Virus record (IMG/VR): IMGVR_UViG_3300021476_000013 | Span: 1-36,255 of that record | DNA length: 36,255 bases | Reading direction: 5' to 3' (one strand) | Source of the DNA: a virus | Lineage: Duplodnaviria > Caudoviricetes | Shown here: positions 16,932 through 26,182 of the stretch, piece by piece | How the letters are laid out: the number at the start of each line of letters is the position of its first letter | Position numbering within the stretch: the first letter of the stretch is position 1 | Made by a program: the position numbers and the translations under genes | Notes under the pieces: generated by a model | The model's database searches: none | What the model was told of the DNA's origin: nothing | What the model saw: the letters and a program-made list of their open reading frames with translations, nothing else

Positions 16932-18397
16932 TATCCACCTCCAATCCCCTCAGCGGCTCCACCAATACCTTGGCCCAATTGACCTGCAGCAGTCATAAAT
17001 CCTATAATATTGGATAATGGACCCTGGGGAGAAGCAGTAGCGATGGCAACTAAAGCATTTAATGCATCGTTTTGATTAGTGAAATTTAGACCCAAAGCAC
17101 TCAAAACTTGATTCCCCAAATCGCTGATTTGACCTGTAGATGCGTCATAGAGAGATCCTAATCCCGCTGCTGCAGCTCTAGAACCAGTAGCTACTCCGCT
17201 CTCTAAGCCAGACTGTAATCCGGCTCCTCCTTGTATTAAGTTAGCTACATTAGTTGCTAGATTGCCCTGAGTTCCCGCTGTAGTTCCACCTAATCCAGCA
17301 GCTTGCAATCTTTCAGATCCGGTTGTAGCGCCAGTAGTACTCAATCCGCCTAATCCTGCTACTTTTCCAGCTAACAAATTTTGAGCTAAAGTATTTTCTG
17401 CCCCACTAGCTGCTGCGGTTTGGTCTTGAGATAATTGTCTAGCTAATTGGGAAATATCCCCGCCAGTACCTAAACCTCCAGTTCTTGATTTCTCTAATTG
17501 AGCTTGCCGAGCCAATGCATCATAAATAGCGAGAACTCCCGAGGTTGAAACTCGTAAATAATTTTGTTGCTGCTCTGGAGTCATACCACCAGTATTAGCA
17601 AGATTTTGATATCCTCCAGTAATGCTAGCTAGTAAAGAGGGATCCATTGATCCACTTGGACCAGTAAAACCTGTCGCTGTATTATAAGTATTTTGAAGAT
17701 TTCCCTGAACATTAGATAGCTGAGTCGGATCTACTCCTCCTGTAGGATATAAATTAGCAAGATTAGCCCTTAAAGTAGCTAATGCTGCTGGATCATATCC
17801 ACCAGTTTGAAGTTGAGTTAAAAATGCATTTACGGCTGGACCTGCTGTACTTTGTTGAACTCCTTGAGGAGTACTCATTAAACCAAGGAGACTATTTATC
17901 CAATTCGATGTCTGAGACTGCGAGGATGAAGCTAGATTTCCTGCCGTTCCACCTACAGCTTGTCTCCCGACGCTAGGAGTTCCTGTATATCCTAGGGGAT
18001 TGGGTGATTGTGTGGGATTACTTCCTATAGGAGTGGTAGTAGTAGGGGCATTCGTGGGATTCGTCAAGGGACTAGGATTAAAATTAAGATTTGTTGATGC
18101 TGGCATTAAGGGATTGGGATTAAAATTAGTGGGATTCACTAAAGGATTAGGGCTAGCTGGATTTGCTAAAGGACTAGGATTAAAATTAGTAGGACCCGCT
18201 AAAGGAGAAGGAGTCCTCAGCGGTATTTGAGAAGCCTGTATTCGCATTATGGGTGCTGAAGTAGTAGGTGCAGGAGTAGAAGATGCGGGAGTAGTTGTTG
18301 GAGTAGTAGATGCGTTATCCCCCAAATTATAACCACCAAAAGCTCCAGGTGTAACTCTTTTTGAAGTTCTTACAGCCCCCGCTTGCTGTTTAGCCAT
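16931..18397 (-). CDS. DNA pilot / ejection protein
   Basis: G/A/S/T/Q/N-rich low complexity with a Pro-rich N-terminus; follows the GNAT-like gene. Confidence 0.6.
   Translation of the reverse strand: MAKQQAGAVRTSKRVTPGAFGGYNLGDNASTTPTTTPASSTPAPTTSAPIMRIQASQIPLRTPSPLAGPTNFNPSPLANPASPNPLVNPTNFNPNPLMPASTNLNFNPSPLTNPTNAPTTTTPIGSNPTQSPNPLGYTGTPSVGRQAVGGTAGNLASSSQSQTSNWINSLLGLMSTPQGVQQSTAGPAVNAFLTQLQTGGYDPAALATLRANLANLYPTGGVDPTQLSNVQGNLQNTYNTATGFTGPSGSMDPSLLASITGGYQNLANTGGMTPEQQQNYLRVSTSGVLAIYDALARQAQLEKSRTGGLGTGGDISQLARQLSQDQTAAASGAENTLAQNLLAGKVAGLGGLSTTGATTGSERLQAAGLGGTTAGTQGNLATNVANLIQGGAGLQSGLESGVATGSRAAAAGLGSLYDASTGQISDLGNQVLSALGLNFTNQNDALNALVAIATASPQGPLSNIIGFMTAAGQLGQGIGGAAEGIGGG
18040..18215 (-). 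repeat. coding tandem repeat NFNP(S/N)PL
   Basis: GGATTAAAATTA recurs three times (about 18075, 18117, 18177) and encodes NFNPSPL-type units. Confidence 0.7.
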
Positions 18398-18776
18398 TTT
18401 TACCTCTCGGTGGAAGATACATCGCTTTCCCCGTAGCTGGAATGAATCCGAAGAGACTTAAAAAACTAGCGGTTTTATCCACCTCTTCACATATGAAGAC
18501 ATGAGAATCAGGAACACTTGATTTATTCAATTCATCAATTAAGGTTATAATTAGATCTCTAATCGCGCGCGCTCTAGTTAACTTACAGCAGTTCATGTTA
18601 CAAATTAAAATTGACTCCGTTGTCAGCTTAAGAAAGCCATAAGCGATAGGATTCTCATCATATGAAACTGTTTTTGCCGCAATTATGCTAAGATCCGTAA
18701 TTTCAGGTATAGGATATTTATCCGAAGCTATAGCTTTTATATCTTTAAAATCACTTAGCTCAATATCTCTAATCAT
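18390..18776 (-). CDS. GNAT-fold protein (position of T7 gp13 / P22 gp14-like genes)
   Basis: MIRDIELSD N-terminus and FLSLFGF C-terminal GNAT-like pattern; sits between tail and ejection genes. Confidence 0.55.
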   Translation of the reverse strand: MIRDIELSDFKDIKAIASDKYPIPEITDLSIIAAKTVSYDENPIAYGFLKLTTESILICNMNCCKLTRARAIRDLIITLIDELNKSSVPDSHVFICEEVDKTASFLSLFGFIPATGKAMYLPPRGKNG

Positions 18777-19103
18777 TTAGCAGTATTTAATAGTCCAGTA
18801 GGAGGACTTGGAAGGATGATAGCTTGACTCATATTACTCGGCGCGGATTCTAATCCATTAAAAGTCGCTGTAACTTCATAACAAAAATTCCCAATAGTTA
18901 CGGATGGATCCGTATATGTCAATATAGTTACTCCGGTTGCTATCTTAGCAAAAGTAGGAGTTCCTGAACATAATCCAGGAGCTCTATATACGCTGTAGGT
19001 CGTCCCCATTGGATTAAGAGTATCCATCCAAGTAAGATCCACACTATGCATAACCTGAGCGCTAATGGTAGTTAACAATGACAATAAAATAAGTTTTTTT
19101 CAT
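18773..19103 (-). CDS. fibronectin type III protein with signal peptide, frameshifted at an A7 run
   Basis: HSVDLTW..YSVYR..YTD..YEVTA..ESAPSN Fn3; ATG 19103 followed by A7 is one base out of frame with LILLSLLTTISAQ. Confidence 0.65.
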
Positions 19104-19282
19104 AGAACTTCGTTTGTACACTTTCCAGCAGGAAGATTATTCAGAATTTCTTGAGTTGAAGCATAATCTGCGATAGCAGGAATAATATGGAAAGAATTTG
19201 ATTCAAACGTAGAAGTATAATCTAGTGTAATTGCCAAGCCAACCAACTCATAAGTTGAAATATTATCGGTTATTGTGGGCAT
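19100..19282 (-). CDS. hypothetical virion-module protein
   Basis: 60-aa ORF coupled to both neighbours. Confidence 0.6.
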   Translation of the reverse strand: MPTITDNISTYELVGLAITLDYTSTFESNSFHIIPAIADYASTQEILNNLPAGKCTNEVL

Positions 19283-19894
19283 TTAGCAAACCTTTTCATT
19301 AATTGAAATAGAATTAACCACAAAAGCATTTCCATTAGTAACCGTTTGAGCAGACGAAAATCCAGCCTCACTAAATATTTGGCTGGTAGTACCACCTTTA
19401 GTACTACTCCAAGTTGCAAATACTCCAAAAATACTCCCAGAAGCATTAATAGTGAAAGATATAGCTGCCCCAGCAGTTATCGTCGATGCAGAAAAAGTTC
19501 CCAATGCTGAATTAGTCCATTGAAGTATACCAAGACGTGTAGCATTGGAGTATCCTGTAAATTCTGCCCAGGAATTTGTAGTTGGTGGGTTAGGAGTTGA
19601 AGTAGTTATCTTAGTCGCGGTATCAGTAAGTTGTAAGGAACCAAAGTTAGCATTATTTATCAAACCTAAATAAGATGCAGTGGTCGCTACAGTACTATTC
19701 CCTGAGTTAGCCGATGCAATACCTGCTGTAAAAATGATATCCCAGCCTTCATATGGAAGGATATTCTCACATTTCTCTCGCCAGAGAACTTTACCCTTCT
19801 TATCCCTAATTTCACAGTCATAAGTGAAACCAATTTTTCCATATTTTAGGATTTCTTTTAAAGAAGGCTTCACAAGAGATGGTTTAATTAACAT
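19283..19894 (-). CDS. tail-associated protein
   Basis: YDCEIRD..G..LW.E..EN N-terminus and S/T/A/G-rich beta composition. Confidence 0.55.
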   Translation of the reverse strand: MLIKPSLVKPSLKEILKYGKIGFTYDCEIRDKKGKVLWREKCENILPYEGWDIIFTAGIASANSGNSTVATTASYLGLINNANFGSLQLTDTATKITTSTPNPPTTNSWAEFTGYSNATRLGILQWTNSALGTFSASTITAGAAISFTINASGSIFGVFATWSSTKGGTTSQIFSEAGFSSAQTVTNGNAFVVNSISINEKVC

Positions 19895-20417
19895 ACTGTC
19901 CTCCCATCACAACTTCCAAGTTAGCTGCATTACCGTCAGCACTCAAAACGTCCAATCTCAAAAGATCTCCATCTTGAAAGGAATTCTGAGAGATTGTATC
20001 CGAGTACTTAGAGAAGCTTTGACCTACAGCGAAAGAAATCTTAGTCGAGGAAAGAATTGTATTGTATGATCCTCCATTACGAGAAATTAAAATATCGCAA
20101 GATAATAGGGATGTTATTGGTGCGCTAATGAGTGTTGCGTAAATAACGGAAATCTGAAAAGATGTGAATAATAAATTATTATTCTGATCCCTTGGAATCA
20201 TTACTCGATATATAGGAACCATCTGATTCTGCGTTACTACCGCGCCAAATACAACAAATCTGATACTATCAAAATAAGCTTGCGGCTTAATATCATTAAC
20301 TGAATTATTAACATTTGAAACCATAGAGTATAACAAATTTAATGCCTGCCAAAGCTTAAAATCTTTTCCCTTAATTGGAGAGATTAAGGGTAAGAAAGAT
20401 GTATCTGATGGGCTCAT
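19884..20417 (-). CDS. tail-associated protein
   Basis: Start moved to ATG 20417; short coiled coil followed by beta domain ending GDLLRLDV. Confidence 0.55.
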   Translation of the reverse strand: MSPSDTSFLPLISPIKGKDFKLWQALNLLYSMVSNVNNSVNDIKPQAYFDSIRFVVFGAVVTQNQMVPIYRVMIPRDQNNNLLFTSFQISVIYATLISAPITSLLSCDILISRNGGSYNTILSSTKISFAVGQSFSKYSDTISQNSFQDGDLLRLDVLSADGNAANLEVVMGGQYVN

Positions 20418-20418
20418 T

Positions 20419-22260
20419 TCATTGCGGCCTTCCATTAAATAATTTTCTGCTAAATACATCTAATCTATCAATTCGAAAAAATTTAGTTGATCCGAATTTA
20501 ACAGACATCTTTTCCCCCATAAAATTTATTTGTCTATCAAAATCTTGACCGGGAAGGCTAGAAAGAACTATCGATGGTGGAGTAACTGCTCCTTGCATAT
20601 CCTCAGGAAAGAGATTAATGAATAGAGAATCTATACCTCTACCTCTGAAACGCAATAAACGAAAAACTGATATTACTCCTCCACCTAAGAGAGCAGAAGT
20701 CCAATACCCTTCAATATTTTGTCCCGAATCAGTTGATTGAGAAGGTTCCAATTTGTAAATTCCTGAAGTTGTTCCTAGTCTAAGATAATAATCATAATCG
20801 CTAGCTCCATCTACATCCTGAAAATTCATCATAGATATAAAGCTAGGCGACCAAGGGAAAAAATGCTGAGCCCATTTAATATTTTCAGCGTCCAAACCTT
20901 CTGAATAATCTCCGGATAATAGCAAATTAGGTGTAGTTGATCCATTTGTAGGCAATAAAACGTAAATTATTTCATTAAAAACGTCAATAGTAACTGTTAT
21001 TAATCCCTCAGAACCGTGAGTAATCGTTCCCCAAATATCATCGATTTTCCAGCTCAATTGAGGACGAACTACACTACCATTGAAAAGGAATAAACCCTCT
21101 CTACTTCCCAGTAAAAGACCATTCATTACAGGAAGGGGAGATTGGGAACCAGTAATTGATCCAAGTGCGTCTTGGTAGGATCCTACGCTACTATCTATAA
21201 CCATAATAGGCCAAGTAGATGGATCGCTACCGTTATCTTGAACAGCAAATATCCCCACTGCTTTCGAGAGATATAAAACATCATTCAATATCCCGCAAGA
21301 GCGCGTGATATTACCATCACGCTCAGCGGGGATCTGAATGTATCCTACCGTGTTATCAAAAGACTCAGGATCCCCGGATCTAGAAACTCTGACTAAGTCT
21401 CCCGTAACGGCTATTAATCTACCGTGGTACTTCTGAAGCGCTCCGTAAGAATTTCCTCCAAGTAATGAAGGAAGTAAATTAAAAAGATAATCCGCGTTTA
21501 CTGATAAACTGGAATCAAAAAAATCTAGAGTTACCGATGTAGATATATTATCAGCAATATAACCATTAGGGGCAAAGAAGAAAAGAGTTTCATTCGCGCG
21601 AGTTACTAAAATCCATCGTGCTACTGTTCCTGTAGGTCCTAAAGGAATATCTGTTAAAATAACCTGTGTTTGACCTAGAGCAGTATAATTAACGGGAGTA
21701 AAAGTTCCTCCTATTATAGGTCCCGGAGGAGTGATAAATCCTGTATTAGTAACGAAGGAAACCGCAAATTGATGAACCCCAATGTCCAATCCCCCAGTGG
21801 CATCTCCTGAACCATTGGAAGCTATAAAAGATGATGCAGGAGAAACGCCACATGCAGGACGAACTGGATTAATCCCGTCCCAAACTTGGAGATTTGGTGG
21901 GGGATAACTGGGAGACAACGGTAAAATATAGAGCTTATTAAAAAGATTCAAAAATTGATAATCAATAGCAGAAGAACTAAATATAGGAATTGAATTCGTT
22001 CCTTGATATATATTTCCATTATAATCAACTGTAATTGGAATTATATTGGCATCATTAAAGGTCGCAAGAAACATTCTTTTTATCGGCCATGAAGTTTGAA
22101 GAGAGATTTTAGTCCCATTCCTTTGAGCTAATTGTCCTTTATTAAATTGTATATTTTCAGCACAAATAGCATGATCTATTGGACAGGAGTCTGCCATTCC
22201 GCGTTTATACATTCCACGGAATGTATCAATAGTCGTTTTTTGGAGTTCATCAATATACAT
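20419..22260 (-). CDS. tail nozzle / tubular protein B (P22 gp10-like)
   Basis: 613 aa, beta-propeller-like composition, YHGRL..VRVSRSGDPESF motif; position after adaptors. Confidence 0.7.
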   Translation of the reverse strand: MYIDELQKTTIDTFRGMYKRGMADSCPIDHAICAENIQFNKGQLAQRNGTKISLQTSWPIKRMFLATFNDANIIPITVDYNGNIYQGTNSIPIFSSSAIDYQFLNLFNKLYILPLSPSYPPPNLQVWDGINPVRPACGVSPASSFIASNGSGDATGGLDIGVHQFAVSFVTNTGFITPPGPIIGGTFTPVNYTALGQTQVILTDIPLGPTGTVARWILVTRANETLFFFAPNGYIADNISTSVTLDFFDSSLSVNADYLFNLLPSLLGGNSYGALQKYHGRLIAVTGDLVRVSRSGDPESFDNTVGYIQIPAERDGNITRSCGILNDVLYLSKAVGIFAVQDNGSDPSTWPIMVIDSSVGSYQDALGSITGSQSPLPVMNGLLLGSREGLFLFNGSVVRPQLSWKIDDIWGTITHGSEGLITVTIDVFNEIIYVLLPTNGSTTPNLLLSGDYSEGLDAENIKWAQHFFPWSPSFISMMNFQDVDGASDYDYYLRLGTTSGIYKLEPSQSTDSGQNIEGYWTSALLGGGVISVFRLLRFRGRGIDSLFINLFPEDMQGAVTPPSIVLSSLPGQDFDRQINFMGEKMSVKFGSTKFFRIDRLDVFSRKLFNGRPQ

Positions 22261-23051
22261 TATTGTGACTCGTAAACTCCCTGAAATTCATAAGTTCCAG
22301 TAGCTAGATTGAAACTGGAGACGTTTGGCGCGGTTAAATATAGAGCTACCTGACTAATCGTATTCATAGTTACATTAGCTGGCGCGTCCGATGATGTTCC
22401 CTGAGCAATTCCAGCAAACATTTCATAGATATCTAAAGTATTATAAGGAAGTGTACATCCTATCGCCGTTACAATTCCAGTAACAACGGTCGTAAAACTC
22501 ACTCGAACAAAAACAGTTTTTCCTATTTTTAAATAATTAGCTATTTTAATAGAAGTTCCAGAAATAGATCCAGCACCAGTAATTACCGATACAGTTGGAG
22601 TATAAGAAGACCAGGCAGTATTCGGACCAAATTCAATAGTTATCGTACTTCCTACTGAACTAACCGTTAATATATTAGAAGCCCCAGCAACTAGAGATAG
22701 CGCTCCGGTTAAAGTATTAAGAGATAATACACCAGAATTTACAACTTGGATATTGGGGCTGGCTGCATTAACATTAATACCAGTTCCTGCTGTGATAGAT
22801 AACGCTCCAGTTAAGGAATTTAACGAAGATACACCAGTTGATCCAGCGAGAGCGCTCCAAGTATTAGGACTTGAGCAATATTCGGTTATATTAGATGTAA
22901 TATTCCTAAAAAGTCTAGAATTTCTAGGATCACAAATAGCTGGCTCTGTAGTCCCGTAGAAAACTGGTGGGAAGGAGGGCTGTGAGTATAATGCAGGCGT
23001 TAGAAATGTGGCTAGCACAAACGCGCGCTCGATGAGTTTATTGATTAACAT
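22260..23051 (-). CDS. tail-fibre-like protein with signal-peptide-like N-terminus
   Basis: Start ATG 23051; PAIC...YC..PNTW module, two GV.SLN.LTGAL fibre repeats, WSSYTPT..YLKIGKTVFV..LP tip domain. Confidence 0.7.
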   Translation of the reverse strand: MLINKLIERAFVLATFLTPALYSQPSFPPVFYGTTEPAICDPRNSRLFRNITSNITEYCSSPNTWSALAGSTGVSSLNSLTGALSITAGTGINVNAASPNIQVVNSGVLSLNTLTGALSLVAGASNILTVSSVGSTITIEFGPNTAWSSYTPTVSVITGAGSISGTSIKIANYLKIGKTVFVRVSFTTVVTGIVTAIGCTLPYNTLDIYEMFAGIAQGTSSDAPANVTMNTISQVALYLTAPNVSSFNLATGTYEFQGVYESQ

Positions 23052-23298
23052 TTCCCTTTGCTGCTCCAATCACATCAACTTGCCACGTTGCCGTTTTCCC
23101 TGTTAAATCAATTGGCCAAGCGGCTATAGCATTATCCCCTTGATGCGATATGGTCTGTATTAAGACAGTTCCGTCGGAGATCGTTAAAGTCACATTATAA
23201 GTAGCAGCGGGATTGTCTGGATCATATACCATTATCAAAACAAATGGTACAGGTGCCAAACCTGGAAGTGCGGGCATTAGGATTGCGTTGACAGTCAT
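23038..23298 (-). CDS. hypothetical virion-module protein
   Basis: 86 aa, ATGA-coupled. Confidence 0.65.
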   Translation of the reverse strand: MTVNAILMPALPGLAPVPFVLIMVYDPDNPAATYNVTLTISDGTVLIQTISHQGDNAIAAWPIDLTGKTATWQVDVIGAAKGNVNQ

Positions 23299-24002
23299 AC
23301 TCCTCTGATTATCTTGTTTTGAGTTGCTCCCCGATGATAAGCTCTTCTTTTTGCGGGTAGATTCTGAAGTTCTTTAACCGCAGATCTAAGTATTAAATCT
23401 AAATTATAACTTGCATTTGCCTTAAACATGGATACTCTCGCATCAAGATTTTTGGGATCACTAACAGACTCTACAGCCTTTGCAGCCACTTGATACGCGA
23501 GAAAACATTCACCCAATAAAACTCCAATACTATCCGTTAATAATGTTGGAGGGGTTAATTCTTGATTATATCTTATTTGTACTTGGGTTGTTGTCGTTGC
23601 TCCTCTCAACATTATAGTTTGACCCATCCAAGCCCAATAATTAAGGGACACTCCCAACACAACGTTAGGAATAAAATCAACTTCCTTCATATCAGTGAAA
23701 GCATCATTGGTATCTCCTAAGGCTCTTTCCTTGAGCCATATGGGACTAATCATATTAACGGGATATCCGGAAACTGTGGAAAGATCTAAATTATTATCAT
23801 CTATAGTTTGAGGAGGAACAGTTATTATAGTGGATACTGCATTTATAACCGGGATATCGTTCAGGAGTAAAGACAATTTCAGTTCCCGATGCGCCTCTCG
23901 TAATTTTGGCAATAAAACCTCATCGGGCCATCTTGTACCCATCTCATCGTTAAGGTAAGTACGGGCACTATCTAAAACTTGGGATGCAGTAGCTAAGGGC
24001 GT
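23295..24002 (-). CDS. head-tail adaptor / tubular protein A, paralog 2 (probable ACG start)
   Basis: Aligns by eye to 23993..24616 including 20 codons upstream of ATG 23942; GGAG SD 7 nt before ACG 24002. Confidence 0.65.
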   Translation of the reverse strand, partial: TPLATASQVLDSARTYLNDEMGTRWPDEVLLPKLREAHRELKLSLLLNDIPVINAVSTIITVPPQTIDDNNLDLSTVSGYPVNMISPIWLKERALGDTNDAFTDMKEVDFIPNVVLGVSLNYWAWMGQTIMLRGATTTTQVQIRYNQELTPPTLLTDSIGVLLGECFLAYQVAAKAVESVSDPKNLDARVSMFKANASYNLDLILRSAVKELQNLPAKRRAYHRGATQNKIIRGV

Positions 24003-24616
24003 ATAACTACTCCCTCTAAAGGTTTTAACTTTCCCTTATTTGCTAGGACAACTATAGAAATTTTGGATGCCGCCTGAGAATCCCAATATGTAGCATTCTC
24101 CTTTTCTCCTACAGACGCATGAGCTAAAGCGGCTATCCGTGGAGCTAAATAAAGTTCACCTTGAATAAATCCAATAAGATCAGTTCCTACATTCGGGAGA
24201 GGTAAAGATCTCCAATAAAGTAATTGAATAGCCCTATTTGCGGTTGCACCTATAAGATTGATAAGTTCTTCTTGCCATTGATAATATTGCAATGTTGGCC
24301 CTGCTATTAAATTTGGTAGCGGATCTGAAGAAGTCAGCAAAGTATAGGATGTAACTGGATCTGTTGTAGCCTTTTCCCAAAGTTTTATGGGCTCTATTAG
24401 ATCTGTTGGAATGGTAACTGATGTTACTCCCGAATTAATAGTTTGAAAATTGATATTCCTCATAACAGGGGAAGACGCAAGCCTTAATATAGCCTGCATC
24501 TCTCTATGTGCCTGTTGAAGTTTAGGGAAAAGCGCGGTGTCAGTCCATAGATTTCCTCCATCATCATTAAGCATTGTCCTAGCGGCGGTTAACGCCACTT
24601 CTGATGCAGCGCTCAA
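23993..24616 (-). CDS. head-tail adaptor / tubular protein A, paralog 1
   Basis: ARTMLND...WTD..L...L..AHRE, IPTDLIEPI.L.E; position after capsid genes. Confidence 0.7.
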   Translation of the reverse strand: MSAASEVALTAARTMLNDDGGNLWTDTALFPKLQQAHREMQAILRLASSPVMRNINFQTINSGVTSVTIPTDLIEPIKLWEKATTDPVTSYTLLTSSDPLPNLIAGPTLQYYQWQEELINLIGATANRAIQLLYWRSLPLPNVGTDLIGFIQGELYLAPRIAALAHASVGEKENATYWDSQAASKISIVVLANKGKLKPLEGVVIRP

Positions 24617-24994
24617 TTAATTTTGTCCCAAAAATATTGCATGAAATCCAATAGTGTCTCCACTAACCCCAAGGGGGATAGCGGAGCCATTTGTTAGTTC
24701 GGTAAGAGGGTCTTGAGCAACACCATCTTGAACAAGAATCTTCAACTTACCACTTGTTTCGTCGGTTCCCGAAACGTAAACATAAGTAAATCCATTCTGA
24801 CCCAAGACTATTACGTAAAACGGAACACGAGAGGATTTAAGTAAAGGTAAAGCTAAAGATAAAGCTATACCTCCAGTTGTATACGTAAGAGGACTCGCTC
24901 CGATAGCTAAAGTCCCTAAGTAATGCATCATCCGACCATCAAACCATGTATGGTTTTGATCAGAAATGGTTGGTACTGCTGTTGAAACGGCCAT
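24617..24994 (-). CDS. putative capsid decoration protein
   Basis: YTTGG motif, beta-rich, near the major capsid gene. Confidence 0.5.
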   Translation of the reverse strand: MAVSTAVPTISDQNHTWFDGRMMHYLGTLAIGASPLTYTTGGIALSLALPLLKSSRVPFYVIVLGQNGFTYVYVSGTDETSGKLKILVQDGVAQDPLTELTNGSAIPLGVSGDTIGFHAIFLGQN

Positions 24995-24997
24995 GTT

Positions 24998-25633
24998 TTA
25001 CGCTCCTGCGAACTGAAATTGTTTTGCCTTCTCTTTGTCTAAGATCACCTTACAATTGGGACAGATAACAATCCCGAACATAATAGGAGTTCCACATGCT
25101 GGGCACTTACTATCTTGAGAATTAACGACCGCAGATAACCATTCATGTTTATCCTGAGTCCAACCAATTAATTCAGCCATTTTTCGTTGTGTATCCGATA
25201 TAACCCGATGCTGATGATATCGATTCCAATCATCATCTGCAATTTTGCAGCAATTGAGAAACCAACGATTTTGAGAAGTTTCTGCCTGAGCTAGCTCAAC
25301 CCTACATTCTTCTTTAACTTCCGTAATCGTTTTTTTAACCGGAATAAAAAATATTCCAGGTTTAGATTTCTCATCAATTCCTAACTGCGAACTGACAAAA
25401 TCATTAACGATCGAAGCCGCAACCTCTTCAGGTGACGTTCTAATCTGCATGCTCTCACGATCCTGATCCAAATATACATAATGAACGGATTTTCCCACAT
25501 GAAGAATTTCAGGATTATTTTTGATCGACGCAGGGATTGAAAATCTCCCCGGAAATAATCCAGGTTTCTCTTCAATTATAGGAAAGGGAACAATACTAAC
25601 TATAGTGCACTGATACTCAGTAGTCTCTTGCAT
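24998..25633 (-). CDS. hypothetical protein with C-terminal Zn ribbon
   Basis: AAGGAG SD before ATG 25633; CPACG...CPNC. Confidence 0.7.
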   Translation of the reverse strand: MQETTEYQCTIVSIVPFPIIEEKPGLFPGRFSIPASIKNNPEILHVGKSVHYVYLDQDRESMQIRTSPEEVAASIVNDFVSSQLGIDEKSKPGIFFIPVKKTITEVKEECRVELAQAETSQNRWFLNCCKIADDDWNRYHQHRVISDTQRKMAELIGWTQDKHEWLSAVVNSQDSKCPACGTPIMFGIVICPNCKVILDKEKAKQFQFAGA

Positions 25634-26135
25634 CTTTAATCTCCTTAGAATAACCAACACCTTCTTTGAAATGTAATGCAATCTGGGTATCTGTTCTATC
25701 GTTCAAATAATCCATCATCATAGAATAAGTCTTTCTATCGGCATCATCTTCAGCAATCGGTCCCTTCGGTCTATTTATAAAATTCATAATAAATTGAATC
25801 ACTTTGAAGTTTGGAGCTAGATATTTACCTTTAGCTGATTCAAAAACGAACAAAGGTTCATAAGTTCCATATTGACTATCTACTAATTCCTTATTATGAG
25901 ACAGTTCAGGACTAATATATCGTTCTAGAATCCATCGTTCACTAATATAGTTATATTTAAGAACCTCTCGAACTCCTACAAAGGTCCGAATGAAAATATC
26001 TCCATAATAATCATTGTATCGACCATAACGTTTTTCATACATTTTATCAGACCAAACAATTCGATATAAAGGCTCTCCTCTAAGGTTCTTACCTTGAGTT
26101 TCCAGCCATTTATTCAAGTTTTCGACTTCCGTCAT
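25617..26135 (-). CDS. hypothetical protein
   Basis: 172 aa, YRIVWS..RWILER motif; follows the capsid terminator. Confidence 0.7.
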   Translation of the reverse strand: MTEVENLNKWLETQGKNLRGEPLYRIVWSDKMYEKRYGRYNDYYGDIFIRTFVGVREVLKYNYISERWILERYISPELSHNKELVDSQYGTYEPLFVFESAKGKYLAPNFKVIQFIMNFINRPKGPIAEDDADRKTYSMMMDYLNDRTDTQIALHFKEGVGYSKEIKDARDY

Positions 26136-26165
26136 AATAAATCGGGGGGAAGAAGGCTTCCCCCC
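26136..26165 (-). terminator. intrinsic terminator / attenuator after the major capsid gene
   Basis: GGGGGGAAG-CCTT-CTTCCCCCC 9-bp stem followed by GATTTATT on the minus strand. Confidence 0.75.
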
Positions 26166-26182
26166 AAGAAAGGGAGTCTAAT

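Noticed and set aside
18040-18215. CRISPR-like or DGR repeat
   Set aside because: Repeats are short, in frame and coding, with no unique spacers and no reverse transcriptase
18773-23051. Host assignment to Acidobacteriota from the Fn3 and P..C...C...NTW motifs
   Set aside because: Based only on recalled resemblance; needs a homology or CRISPR-spacer search
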